Origin: Octopus sinensis
Lineage: Eukaryota
Direction of reading: 5' to 3'
NCBI RefSeq assembly: GCF_006345805.1
Contig: NC_042999.1
Location: 125,674,001 to 125,738,000 of the forward strand
DNA length: 64,000 bases
A program made the position numbers and the translations under genes. Of this stretch, positions 50,801 to 61,900 are shown piece after piece; within the stretch, counting starts at the first letter, position 1, and each line of letters opens with the position of its first letter. Under the pieces are notes generated by a model, which saw nothing but the letters and a program-made list of their open reading frames with translations, was not told the origin of the DNA and did no database searches.

Positions 50801-53800
50801 AATTAGGTTACTATTTCAAGGAGGTCAAGCAACTACAGTTCTTTATCAAGGCAACTGTTTTACTATTACTCAATAGATTAGATATGAATAAAACCTATTA
50901 GTCAGATGTCAAACAAGTGCACAAACAGAAGCAACTATGGTTTGTCCATAATCCAAGAGTATGGCTGTGAGTATGGTTTCAAGTCATGATTATGCTGTTT
51001 ACACTGTTGCATTTTAATCTCATAATTGTTGTTGTTCAACCTTAGATGATCCCTGGCCAAAGAGACCTATGATAAAAGGCAGTCAAGTTGTGACTAGCTC
51101 AGTATTAGAAAGGGCATCCAACCATAGAAACCATACCAAACAGACAATGTAGTCTGGCGTGGCCCCCGGTGTTACCAGCTCCAGTCAAACTGTCCAACCC
51201 ATGCCAGCATGGAAAATGGATGTTAAATGATGATGATAATGAACTGCATTATCCAATATGCTTTTTTTACTAAGAAAGAAGGGTACAAGCTGAAGGTACT
51301 TGGCTGATATTTTTAGCATATTGGGGTTTCATAGGAATCCCTATTTTGTTTGATATCAATCTAACAAATCCATTACTTTATATTTTATTTATTTAGAATT
51401 GTTTTCCTTAATCTGTTTTACCAAAGAACTTTTTCTAGAGGAAACATTACTTAGTGGAATTGTCATACAAAGATGCAGTAACAACAACAAATTAGCTAGA
51501 AATAGCAACCAAATCTCTCCTGAATCACACCTTAACATATTAAAAAAATAATAGAACAGGATGGTCGCAACTGGAACACTTTTGATTACAAGTCTGCTTG
51601 ATCACTGGGATCACTTGAGGCTAAAGAACAACTGACAAGACATTTGTTCAAACAGCATTCAAATCTCTCAGCATCTTACAATGAGAGAGAAAAAGAGAAT
51701 TATATAATAGTAAATTTCAGAAACTGAGCTTACCATGCAGAAGAATTACTCGATTCCAGGAGATTATATTACTGTTGACTTTATTATCAGAGAAGAGAAG
51801 TGTAGTCATAGCATAATTCAAAAGCTGGTTGAAAGAAAGAAAAACAAGGTAATGGTAACCAGATAGTAAATAATTACTAGTACCAAATTAAAGTTTTGTT
51901 TTGGGTTCACTAAATAATCACCACCATAAAATTTATGTTGGTTTTTCCATGTTTGCATGGGTTAGGTGGACCTTCTACAACAAAGAGTTTTGCCACACAT
52001 TAAGATCTTTTGTCATCACCTTCATGAGGCTTAGCCTCTTGAGATAATCCTTTAACACTTTTCATGTTTTCTCATTTTGCAGGTTCCTTCCAATGGTGGA
52101 TCACTTGGCATTTCTTTACCCAACTGTCTTCCTCCATATGCATCACATGTCCATACCAATATTGTCTTCTCTCTTGCTTACCACTAATACTTAGTTTTTC
52201 TCTCAGTTCATTTGTACTCTATCGTTCATGCACCCTAACAGTACACATCCAGTGAAACATGCTGGTCTTCTTCCTTTCCAACCTTTGCACATCCTCTGCA
52301 TTTAATGTTTACTTTGCATTACTATGCAAGATTGTACACAAGAATCCTTATTGCTATGGAGACTTAATCCTAGATTGACACTGAGTAGATATAAGATCAA
52401 AGGTATTCTGCCCATGACCATCCCATCTTTTACTTATGTGTGGGAAATCCAGAGCTACATTATCCAAAGTGTTCTTGTCTAACACAGTAGAAGGGATTAG
52501 AGGAAATATGGCTGTATCTAACAGGTCAGTCAACCATGTACACATTTTCTTATTGGTTTGAGAATCTTCTTGTTGCTCCTTGAAAATTTTCCACCCAACT
52601 CTTATTGTCTACTATGCTTTTGGAACACTCAGCTTCACTGTTAATTAAGTCACTTAGACAGCAGAAACAATCAACTACTTCTTAGAATTATTCCAAAGAT
52701 TTGAAAAAATTTATTTCAAGAGTCATCATACTACTATATTCTCCTGTGCATACACAACAATTAAAGTCTTCCTCATCTGTCACCCTGCTTTTGAGCCCAC
52801 TACACCTCTTATGTACCCATAGTTGACATTGAGTACAATGTATGAAATTCTTACCAACTCTTTTTCTTTATATTGAGTATGACTGTTTCCCAAATGGCAC
52901 TGGAGTTCAGTCTTCTTGCCTGCTAAATAAAACTTTTGTCTTTGCTAAGTTTATGTTGCAACCTCTCAATTCTAGGTTTTACTTCTATATTTGGAATTTC
53001 TTTCAATCTTTCACAGCTTCAGCTATGAAAATTGGGTCATTAGTATACAGCAGTTCCCATGGACAACTGGTTTAAATGTTTTTATAGCCTGAAGAACTAT
53101 AACAACAGGAGTGGGCTGAGAATTGAACATTGATGGACATACGCCTGCACACTAAATTCCTCAATGAAAACATTGCAAAAACTCACTTTTCTAATGGCAC
53201 CTCTGTACATAGCTTGCACAGTTCTCACCAGCCATTCATTTATATATAGTTTACTTAGTAATCACCTGATTATAGTGTGTGAAACTCTGTCAAAAGACTC
53301 CAGATCAAAAATAATGGTATGCCCTTACCCAAAAATAATGGCGTGTCTGTACTCATCTCACTCTTAAGAGGTTATCTCATTTAAACTAATTATCTTCCTA
53401 ATCAGTTATGCTGTACCTTTTGTTACTTTCATGATTTGGTACATCATTTAATTTTGCTGCAGTTGCATCTTTCTAGAGCTTCTCCTTTGCCTTTGTAACA
53501 GTTTATTATAATACTAGACCAGTCACAGGCTATGATGCTACTTTATATGACTCGATTGAGTGACTAGCTGTTGGTCCAATTGCTTTCTCTGCCTTCAAAT
53601 CTTTAATTGTAGTTCTGCACACATGGTTATCAACTTCAATAGCTGGTCCCTCATTCTGTTAAACATTATCCTCATTCAATATGTTCAAGTCCTTTCTTCT
53701 CAATAAGTGTGCAGCTGTCATTCTGTACATACTTTTTCTTAATGATATCTTCATTTGCACTGATACATTCCTTAGCTATCTAAAATATTCCATACTTCTG

Positions 53801-56800
53801 AACATCTTGCAGAGCATAGGCAAACTTCTTACTTTCAGCTCTCTTCATGCTACGTAAATCTGATGTCCAACTTCTAGCTACTTGACATTGTTCTTTGCTT
53901 TCTCACCTTCTAATCTTTCCAGGACTGTCTTTGTCTTTAGTCTTTATAGCTCTATCAACTGTATCATTCCACCACCAATCTGGCTGGAACCTTGTTCCAT
54001 TTACAGATCTTGCTCACTGACTTGCATTAAAATCTTTCAATTGTCCTTTATTGTATACATAGTATGTTATATCTCCTTTGCCTCCTTATTGTCATATGCA
54101 TCAAAAATACTTCCTTGAATTCAAATCTTATCAAGAAGCCTTTCAAATTCCATACTTTCTTTTTCCATGTTGTCTTGTGCCTCTGAGTTCATCTAGGTCT
54201 TATTCTGATATCATTTATTTCTAGCCTATGTTGAGTAGAAATTCTTTACTGGAGGACTTGATATTCACAAATTGCCTACACCCTTTCCTGGAGAATATGA
54301 AGTGTATCTAGTTTTCATGCATGTTCACTTGATTGGTAGATTTAAAAGAGGGCCTCAGAAAAGCAGTCTATTTCCTCATCTGTCAGTCCTTATTAGTGGG
54401 TAGGTGGGTGGTGAGACAGATTACTGTTACCGTCATGTTTCTCTATGTCTGTTGGATCCACACGAGTAGACTCACTTTCATACATTCTCCACATTCAGCA
54501 GCTTCTCATAGTAACACTTCCATGTCTGTTCTACAGCTTTATTGAGAGCAAGTGTGCTCTTATTGCCTTGAAAACATTTTGATTCTCTCTAGTACACTGC
54601 CTTGTTAGTCTGAATGCCTTGCCCCTCTGATTCTCATGACACAGAATATGTGCAAACTTCTTTCTTTCTGTTGTTCCCCTTTCTAAGTATACTTGATGTC
54701 TGGCAATTTGATATATTTTTGTTTTTGCAATCCACTTTCTTTGTCTGATCAAGCTTGTCTCTTATCTTTTATAGCCCTATGTACAATACTATAGCATAAC
54801 CCTATCACTTACCTTTTGGTTGAGACCTTAACCCTACCACAAATCTAATCTATAGCTTTCAGCAGGTTGTCCTGGAGAAATGACCAATTTTTCTCTGTGT
54901 TATAAGTCTCTTGCATAAAATATAAAATCAAATTAAACTAAAATTTTGTAATACTAGTCTTTTTATGCTGTTATTTAAATAACCTATTCTTAAAATATGC
55001 AATTTTGCAATAAAGGATTATCAAATACAGTTTTTTAATATCTTTCTATGGAAGCATGAAATCTTATGGAACATTTTATTCAAGAAGTTATATGTAATGG
55101 ACACTTAACCAAAGTGTTGCACAGTGGACTGAACTCAAAATTATGTGAACTTATTAATCACACAGTCATGCCAGTATGTATATCACTTTGTGATCTTAAG
55201 CATTTGTACATTTACAGCAGAATGTGAATTCTTAAAACTATAAACTTAACTAAAACACAGGATTTCTTTTTGAAGGCTTGACAATGTAGATGCAGTGGTC
55301 AGAAGAGAACAAGTTAAGAATGGTACACTGAATGTGTCATGTTAACTTATGAAGAAGGTTGAATTGAAGTATGTTGGAAAAGACATTAAACATCAAAGGA
55401 ACTGGTAAATGTATGCAGTTGAGACAACAGATTGGATTGAACAGGTAATACAAATAGATGCTCATTGTTACATTTAAAGGAATGTGTAGTAAAAGATTTC
55501 TTGGAAAGAACAAGTCAGATTTGGAAATATTGAGCTTTGCCAAAAAGATGATGTAGAATCAAGATGGATGAAGATCTTGTGAATCCACTCATCCAGTCCT
55601 TGGAAAAAAATAGACATAAATCCAACAATGATGAAATACAAAAATTTATGAATTAGAATGTTAGATAATTTAATCTACAAATTATATGGAATCCTTCTTT
55701 TATCATATTTAAAAGCAATACAAAGTTAAGGAAAGGAAAATAACTAACAGGGTTAAAATGAAAGGAAATATTTTGTAGTGAATGAGTAATTTTCTTGAAT
55801 AATCAATAAATTTCTTACATGAGCCTTTATATCTTCATCAAATACTAGAAAATCCCACATGTTATAGAAGGTTAAACTAGGCAAGTTCCAAATCTGTGCA
55901 ACACTACAATTACTATCATCTCCAAGATCTTCATCTGAGGGACCATCTTCATGTAAATGGAAAACATGCACTTTCAAATTGTTGCTCTGTAAGTCAATAC
56001 TCTGAAATATATAAGAGTACAAAATACAAGATCTATATTATTTAAGAGAGAAAACAAATGAATCAAGCTAATACTTTTTTGTAATTTTCATTTAATATCT
56101 CATTTTGATAAAGTGAGGTTTGATATTAAGGTGAATTTTAAAAAGTAGGAGTTAATTGAATATCAGAGATGGTGCATCCACTACACATGTGCACAAAACC
56201 TATTCAAAACTAAGTGCAGGAAAAGCAAACCCATAGTGACTACACTTCCTATATTTTCTTTGTGTCTCTTGCACTGATAAAACATCCTCTACTCTTCAGA
56301 ACTTAACTAATTGTTTCTTCAGTATTCAATATAATCAACTACTACTCTTATCATTGTCACTGATTCTCTTCTGAAAAGTCTCCCAGAACTGTCTCCCATT
56401 GGCTTCACTTGCTTTTACTCATATCTTTTCTTGTTATCACTCTAACTACAATTTTTTAGCAGTATATCAAATGAAAATGGTTATAGGACCTGATCTTTAA
56501 CTTTCAAACAGAAAATATATTAAAGATGAATAAACATTTAATTTGGTGTGAAGGCATTTTGGAAGACTAATTGAGTTAGTTCCCCCCAAACACACACACA
56601 CACACTTCAGTGAATACAGCACAAAAGTATTAATCAGGCTTAGAACTTTAAATAATGAGAGATTTTTGAAAAATCTGTACTACCAATGGATAATATTACT
56701 ATATCTCAAAACAAAAACAGGTTCAATCTTTGTTTACAATTAATCTCACATGATTTTTAAAAAAAAGTTTTAAATATTTATTTATTTACAGCTAGGTAGA

Positions 56801-59800
56801 CTGACCCTTTTGAACAATGAAAACCCAAACCCAACTCATAAATATAAGTAGAATCAACTACCTTCTGAATGCAGTCAACATAAAACTAGAAAAATATATA
56901 AAAGATTTCTATATTTAATTACTACATTAATTACATATTTTAAAAAAATATGAAAATAAGAAATATAAATATATACCTGTCTTTCTCTGATGTTTAAATC
57001 TGTATCACATAAAGCTAAACTTTTTACATGAGTTTTTAAGTCGTCATCATCAAACTCTGTGGTAATAAAATCACCATAAGCCACCTTCTGATTATATAAG
57101 AAGATTTTGACACGCTCTTTGATAAAATTTTTCCGAGCAATGCTGTAAAAATAGAAAACATTTTTTATACTTTAGTTTGTCCAAAGCACATTCAATTATA
57201 ACAAAGTGTCAACACTGATTGAACTGTATTATGCGGATATAAGAGTTAGAGCAGAGCTTGGGAATTTGTTTTCCTTTTTTTTTTCATTGGAAGGCCATAC
57301 TGAAGTTAACTGCCATTGGACAAGACCAAATAATACTCCACTCCATCCAGCTAAATCTATAATTTTATAAAATGTAATTATTTATATGATATAAACCTTA
57401 ATAAAATGAAAGCACATTCTGTTAGAATAAGCACCCCAGTAGATGTTTCTCAAATAGGTAATTAGCCGAAAAGATATGCTTTGAGATTAAATTAAATCAA
57501 CAAAATGTATTCCAGTATAATGATTCTCCTTCAAACATTGCACATTTTTCAAAAAGTGTTGTAGGTTCCTTACTTCTGAGAGTTTTACTTTCTGACAACT
57601 GCACTGTACTATACATATGGTCTTAACCCTTAACATTAAAAAGGAATCAATCCACCTCACTGTTAACATGTAGTGTAGGGGCAGAAAAAACCCTAACTCA
57701 CTGCATAAGAACTGTAAGACTGACAAAGCTCTACAAAAATGAGTTGTTTTGGCTATACTAAATGAAGATAAAGTCTTTAATGCTGTACTTACAACACTTA
57801 AACTTAACAGCATCAGGTCCTTTGTCCTCATCAAGAAGACCTCAGATTAAAGGCATTTCACTGTAACTATCCCAGCATGATTCTCTTTTTTAAGACAGTA
57901 GGGTGTAATTTGAAGAAGATCTGACAGCAATTTCTTGCAGGTCAAGCGATCATATAGAGGATCCCTTGTTGGTGGTACTTTATGATCAAAGGAGTTCAAG
58001 CCATAATTGTCCCAACTTTGTTTCATGTGTAATATATCCACGTCTACATTATCCTGGACAAATATATCAGTGGAAATCGAATTTCTCTCCCTAGTCAAGA
58101 TCTGAAACCACATTTTGAAATTCTCCCTAGCCATACGGTCTATTGTTTGTCAAAAGGGAACACTGATTAATGTGTTTTCTGTTTGACTCCTGACCTTGCT
58201 ATACCATTGAAAGTTTATACAAAGTGTGTTCTATATTAATTTAGTTATAATTACAATGATATATCCATTTTCCTAGCTAGTCTGCACAATAATAAATACA
58301 AGCATTCTGTAAGGAAAAGGCAGTGAGTGAGACTGACCAACAGAGGCCGACCAGCGTGAACGAAATACTGTCTTAACAGAATTAACGTCACAGAGGGGCA
58401 GCTATGACATTCACCAGCAATACAGTTGTCTTGTCCACCACTCCTTTTCTCACTCGCTCACTTTTCATTTCAACAACATCACTTGATCTTTTTCGTTACT
58501 GCTGCTAGAACAACAGGGAATAAGTAAGTCTAATGCTATCTATCCTTTTACAAGAAAATATAACTCTCATTACCTCATATGCTTTCTGACAGTTTTTATA
58601 CACGCCTGCCCATCGTGGTTTAGATTTAATTATATGTAATAGTGAAATAAATATGTTATCTACAACTTTAGCCACTGTCTTTCTTTCTTGGAGTCAGTAT
58701 CAACATCATCAGCACCTTCAACATAAACAACAACTATTACAAATCTTCGCTGTTTAAGGGTGTGATTTAAGGGAGATTTGGTTACTATCTATAGCAAATA
58801 GAGCCATCCTATGATTATTTCAATGGTTGAATGCCTAGGCAGCACTGATTGAACAAAAGTGTTTGAGCCATGATTATACTAGCTTACTTAAAGTAAAATG
58901 TATCCAAGATTATGAATCTGTTCTGTATGGCTGCCAAGATTTCAAAAATCAAAGTTTATTTAAAAGTTTAACATTTGGTACATTAATGTAGTTTTCCAAG
59001 CTGAATTGCTGGAGATATTTAACTTTTTCCAGAAAAATTTGGGGGAATGGGTCAGACGATTATGTCGAATCCAGTAATCAATTGGTACTTATTTTATCAG
59101 CCCAAAAGGATGAAAAGCAAAGTCGACCTTGGTGGAATTTGAACTCAGAATGTAAAGACGTTCTGCCAACTTGCCGCCTTGTCTCACAATCCATTTCTCA
59201 GCACAGCATTAGAGTTCCCTCATATGCCTAATATAATCTAAACTCCCTTTCGAGAAAGACAGAAATCAATCACTTTTCGCCAAGCACCATTTCTCTAACT
59301 TCTTTCATATCCTTAGCACCCTAGCCATTATATTAAGAAAATTATCTGGGTTAAAGAAACATGAAACCACAGGCTCTTGGAGCTATTACAGAAAGAACAA
59401 GTAAATGAAAAATAAATATCTCCCTAAATTGGATACTAGCTTCATAGGTTAAATTTTTTTAAGTGAACCAGTTTTTATTTACTCGATAAGTAATATGAAA
59501 TAAATAGAATTATCGGCAATGTTTCGTTATTGGTACCAGTGAACGAAGCATTGTCGAATTATCTTGCACAGAGCTGGAGTAACCATATGCAAAATTCGAA
59601 CTCAAAAGCTAAATAGTTTAATGTATCATTTTATTTATCTTTCTACATTTTGGTGGGGAAATGATGATAACTTTTCCTTTTCCAAACTCATTTCAGTCAT
59701 TAAATATTTCTTTTGAACATGAGAATCAGACACCTGTCCAAATAAAGATATCACTTCAATTGAAGAATCCTTTTAGGATTTCCTACTGTTTACAATAATT

Positions 59801-60507
59801 CATATTTTCAGCAAGCTTACTAAAAGTTAAACAATTCCAGTTTTACACTTTTCTCTTTCTTTATAATGGTTTGGTATATTAAAAAAAAATCTTAATTGAA
59901 AATCAATTTATTATTTACTTTAGATATATATATATAAAAAGTAAACTTAGACGTCTTTGAAACGAAGAATTTTTTCCAATTTTTAAATTTTAAAATACAA
60001 GATCCAATTGGTTCGATAAATTTACATTTCAGTGAGCTGAAAAATAAACTATTCCAACTAATATATTTCAAAGGTGCAAAGCCTCACATGTATAAAGAGT
60101 TATGGAAACATTCAAATAAAAGAGAAAATCTATATAAAGTCAAATTTATGTAGATGTTTACTTGCGTAGGTGGAAGTGTTAAATAAAGTATATTTTAATG
60201 GTGTGATAAGCTTAAGAAAAATAAACATTTCGATCGATCTATGTCACTGTTATGAAATGGATCATGTTTGCTAAAACAGTGTGGTTAAAAAGAAACAAAA
60301 TGATTAAATTCAATGTACCTTCTGTTCGGAAATTGTTTTTTCCTGATAAACGTAATGATAAACAGGAATCGTTTTCAGTAATAAAAAAGCAACATCAGGT
60401 GATAATCCAAATTATACATACCTTTCTGGTTTCAGTGCTACTTCGACGTGGAGAAACGATTGAAAATCTTGAGGAAGAGCATTTTCTAATTCAGCAACTC
60501 GATCCAT
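35710..60507 (-). CDS. TRIP13: Pachytene checkpoint protein 2 homolog (TRIP13/Pch2 AAA+ ATPase), spliced CDS of 11 exons, 429 aa
   Basis: Hand-spliced exons of 86+166+183+91+137+87+107+154+113+70+96 = 1290 nt. All introns are GT-AG and the frame is continuous from ATG (60507) to TAA (35712-35710). Walker A GPPGTGKT, Walker B VLIDE, and Pch2-family motifs [49 protein letters not shown]. Confidence 0.97.
35859..36069 (+). mobile_element. piggyBac-type MITE in the last TRIP13 intron
   Basis: TTAACCTTTTAGCATT...AATGCTAAAGAGTTAA. Interior is similar to 33096-33324. Confidence 0.8.
38130..38199 (-). CDS. TRIP13: TRIP13 exon 10 ([23 protein letters not shown])
   Basis: Acceptor TGTTTTCACAG, donor AGG|GTATGT, 70 nt. 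GLSGRxLRK sensor-2 motif. Confidence 0.96.
38456..38947. repeat. Foldback element with ~140-bp imperfect inverted arms
   Basis: 38456-38595 is approximately the reverse complement of 38803-38947 (about 90% by eye). Confidence 0.9.
39423..39535 (-). CDS. TRIP13: TRIP13 exon 9 ([38 protein letters not shown])
   Basis: Acceptor TTTTTAATTACAG, donor CA|GTGAGT, 113 nt. Confidence 0.94.
39895..40310 (-). mobile_element. Degenerate CR1/L2/Daphne-like LINE C-terminal fragment
   Basis: Minus-strand translation contains ALIPPPLR and ...[11 protein letters not shown], resembling the C-terminus of CR1-group ORF2. Heavily broken. Confidence 0.5.
40360..41685 (+). mobile_element. Older 5'-truncated RTE copy (end of RT, PHD-like finger, C-terminus, 3'UTR, tail)
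   Basis: [19 protein letters not shown]...[10 protein letters not shown]...[24 protein letters not shown] and [13 protein letters not shown] are collinear with 28088-30078. Contains stops. Confidence 0.92.
42585..42985 (-). mobile_element. SINE family B: family-A-type head, different body, RTE-like 3' tail
   Basis: Head at 42840-42985, body shared with 48150-48290. Its 3' end reads (minus strand) GAGCATCTGGCCATAGAAAATCTGCC...AGCATGGAATAGTGACATTAAATGATAAGAT. Confidence 0.65.
43306..43564. repeat. Perfect 109-bp inverted repeat around a (TA)n spacer
   Basis: 43306-43414 is the exact reverse complement of 43456-43564 when compared base by base. Confidence 0.95.
43583..43935. mobile_element. 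SINE head fragment (minus) followed by an old RTE-type tail (plus)
   Basis: ACACTTGCCCAAGG...CACACAGCCACTCCTGCACC, then GGCATTAGGAAGGGCATCCAGC...GACATTAAATGAAGAT. Confidence 0.65.
44080..44233 (-). CDS. TRIP13: TRIP13 exon 8 ([51 protein letters not shown])
   Basis: Acceptor TTCTTTGCAG, donor AGG|GTATGT, 154 nt. Contains the sensor-1/arginine-finger region. Confidence 0.97.
44486..44592 (-). CDS. TRIP13: TRIP13 exon 7 ([36 protein letters not shown])
   Basis: Acceptor TTGATTAG, donor AA|GTATGT, 107 nt. Confidence 0.96.
45829..45915 (-). CDS. TRIP13: TRIP13 exon 6, Walker B ([29 protein letters not shown])
   Basis: Acceptor TTCACTTATAG, donor GAA|GTAAGT, 87 nt. Confidence 0.97.
46356..47018. 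repeat. ~300-bp imperfect inverted duplication of a TG-rich element
   Basis: 46356-46655 versus 46728-47018. The ORF track shows the same pseudo-peptide ([12 protein letters not shown]) on both strands. Confidence 0.9.
47915..48148 (+). mobile_element. Old RTE-type 3' tail
   Basis: TTGGCATTAGGAATGGCATCCAGCTGTAGAAAC...AGCATGGAAAACAGATG...GATGATGAT. Confidence 0.7.
48150..48488 (-). mobile_element. SINE family B copy
   Basis: Head at 48326-48488, (CA)n, body shared with 42660-42830, and an RTE-like GGAAGGGCCATCCAGCTG end. Confidence 0.6.
48863..48999 (-). CDS. TRIP13: TRIP13 exon 5, Walker A ([46 protein letters not shown])
   Basis: Acceptor TGTTCTAG, donor GAA|GTAAGA, 137 nt. Confidence 0.97.
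49410..49628 (+). mobile_element. piggyBac-type MITE with truncated right TIR
   Basis: TTAACCCTTTAGCATTCAAACTGGCCATATC...AATCTGAATGCTA, followed by an old RTE-type tail (~49700-49862). Confidence 0.8.
49866..50632 (-). mobile_element. SINE family A interrupted by a nested RTE 3' fragment
   Basis: SINE 3' end at 49866-49917 and the remainder at 50302-50632. Confidence 0.8.
49918..50301 (-). mobile_element. RTE 3'UTR fragment nested in a SINE
   Basis: (CAT)n tail, conserved tail and hairpin units. CACCA on both flanks (49913-49917 and 50302-50306). Confidence 0.88.
51734..51824 (-). CDS. TRIP13: TRIP13 exon 4 ([31 protein letters not shown])
   Basis: Acceptor TTTCAACCAG, donor G|GTAAGC, 91 nt. 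WNRVILLHG motif precedes Walker A. Confidence 0.96.
51930..54290 (-). mobile_element. Long, highly decayed RTE LINE copy in TRIP13 intron 3
   Basis: Broken minus-strand translation retains [42 protein letters not shown] and [18 protein letters not shown]. Confidence 0.75.
54430..54760 (-). mobile_element. RTE ORF2 linker fragment
   Basis: ORF 54531..54752 [36 protein letters not shown], then EKLLNVEN. Confidence 0.75.
55819..56001 (-). CDS. TRIP13: TRIP13 exon 3 ([61 protein letters not shown])
   Basis: Acceptor ATATTTCAG, donor CAT|GTAAGA, 183 nt. Lies within ORF 55753..56022. Confidence 0.94.
56977..57142 (-). CDS. TRIP13: TRIP13 exon 2 ([55 protein letters not shown])
   Basis: Acceptor TTTTTACAG, donor CAG|GTATAT, 166 nt. 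Overlaps ORF 56875..57084. Confidence 0.93.
59040..59180 (-). mobile_element. SINE with Meta-like domain
   Basis: Minus strand reads GAGTTCAAATTCCACCAAGGTCGACTTTGCTTTTCATCCTTTTGGGCTGATAAAATAAGTACCA (B box plus central domain). Confidence 0.6.
60422..60507 (-). CDS. TRIP13: TRIP13 coding exon 1 ([29 protein letters not shown])
   Basis: ATG at 60507-60505, LHVEV motif, phase-2 donor AG|GTATGT matching the phase of exon 2. Confidence 0.9.
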
Positions 60508-61500
60508 TAATTACAGTTTATTGACTGAATTAGTTTCAACAGAAAAACGTATAATGAGATCAATTTGTCAAAATTCGTTTGAAAAATTATAATATAAAGT
60601 GTATTAAATTTCTTTTTCGTTTTCTTTCTCCTTTCAATTATATGAAATTTAAAACTATGTTGCTAAATAATTAATTGTAAAAAAAAAACATTTATTTGTG
60701 TTCTTATGAATAATATTTTCGTAAAAAGATAATTAATTAATCACGTAGACTTGAATGCGGATTGTGAAATGAATGAAAAAACTAAGCTTAAATAAGTCAT
60801 TAAATTGCAGAAGACATACTGAAACTTTTCAAAATTTCCGCCCAAATCATAAACCGACTCATTTGAATGTCGCTAAATGTCGTATATATCTATCTATATC
60901 TATATAAATATATATTTTAATGTTTAGAGTTAAAAAGCCAAAAATTAATAAATATTTTAATATAACATTCAGTACTTAATTTTTGATAATGAATAATTTG
61001 AAATAATAAAAATATGAAAATAACGACTTTCCGTAAACAAAATTGCTATTACGTGAACAGTCAACATTTGCTGTAAAATTGCACTTTAGAATTGTAAGGA
61101 AAGAAAAAAAACTTTCGTATCTTCGTTTATATTTTAGTAATCATGCAATGAAAAATTAAATATATTTTAATTCATGAACTATCATTATCATACAGGAAAA
61201 TTTGGTAAATGTTATTAATAAAACATCTTTTATGAAGAACGATGCCCGAATCACCATACCATTTTCTTAAACTATACTTATAAAATTCAAATTGAAAAGT
61301 TATGGAGACGAAACTTTGTAGATTACAAATAAGCGATAAAAATATGTATTTTGTGACTGACATTGAATAGATCAACCAACTGGATGTTTTTAGCATTACG
61401 AATTAAACGCTTAAACTATTTTATTTACTTTCAGCGAATTTCACGACAAGCACTTACACAACAATAACGCAATAGATTAATCATTGATTCGTCACTACAT
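60508..61500 (-). promoter_or_regulatory. Probable TRIP13 5'UTR/promoter region
   Basis: Immediately upstream of the ATG and visibly richer in CpG than the introns. No specific element was identified; limits are approximate. Confidence 0.4.
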
Positions 61501-61649
61501 TTCTGACGGTAAGAGTGTCAAGGGAATGCCCCTGTAACTCGACGCAGAAAAGATATCTTGAGGGATTTCGTAAAGCACTTATTTTCGTTTTTTTTTCACT
61601 GTTTATTTACCGACATACAACGATGAAGAAAGACAGATATTCACACACT

Positions 61650-61900
61650 TCCGCACAATACATACCTACACAAGACCTGGTTGAACTTTTTCTTCGCTCT
61701 CAAATAAACCAGCACTTCCCTAGCCTATCTGGAGGTCTATACAGGGACAATGCTCTTCTTACAGTCACCAATATTTCCCGATCATCCAGTGAAAGTGCTT
61801 GGAAGACCCCTCATAAGTTTTTAAGAATTATACCTTTCTATCTCATTTGAAAATAGCATTAAAGCAGCTAACTTCTTAGAAGTGACCTGAAAGAGTAATT
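61650..61900 (+). mobile_element. Penelope-like reverse-transcriptase fragment
   Basis: ORF 61515..61850 DLVELFLRSQINQHFPSLSGGLYRDNALL resembles PLE RT LVGLxLLxxL...GLYRDDGL. It is followed by ..ENSIKAANFLEVT, resembling VNFLDVT. Confidence 0.6.
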
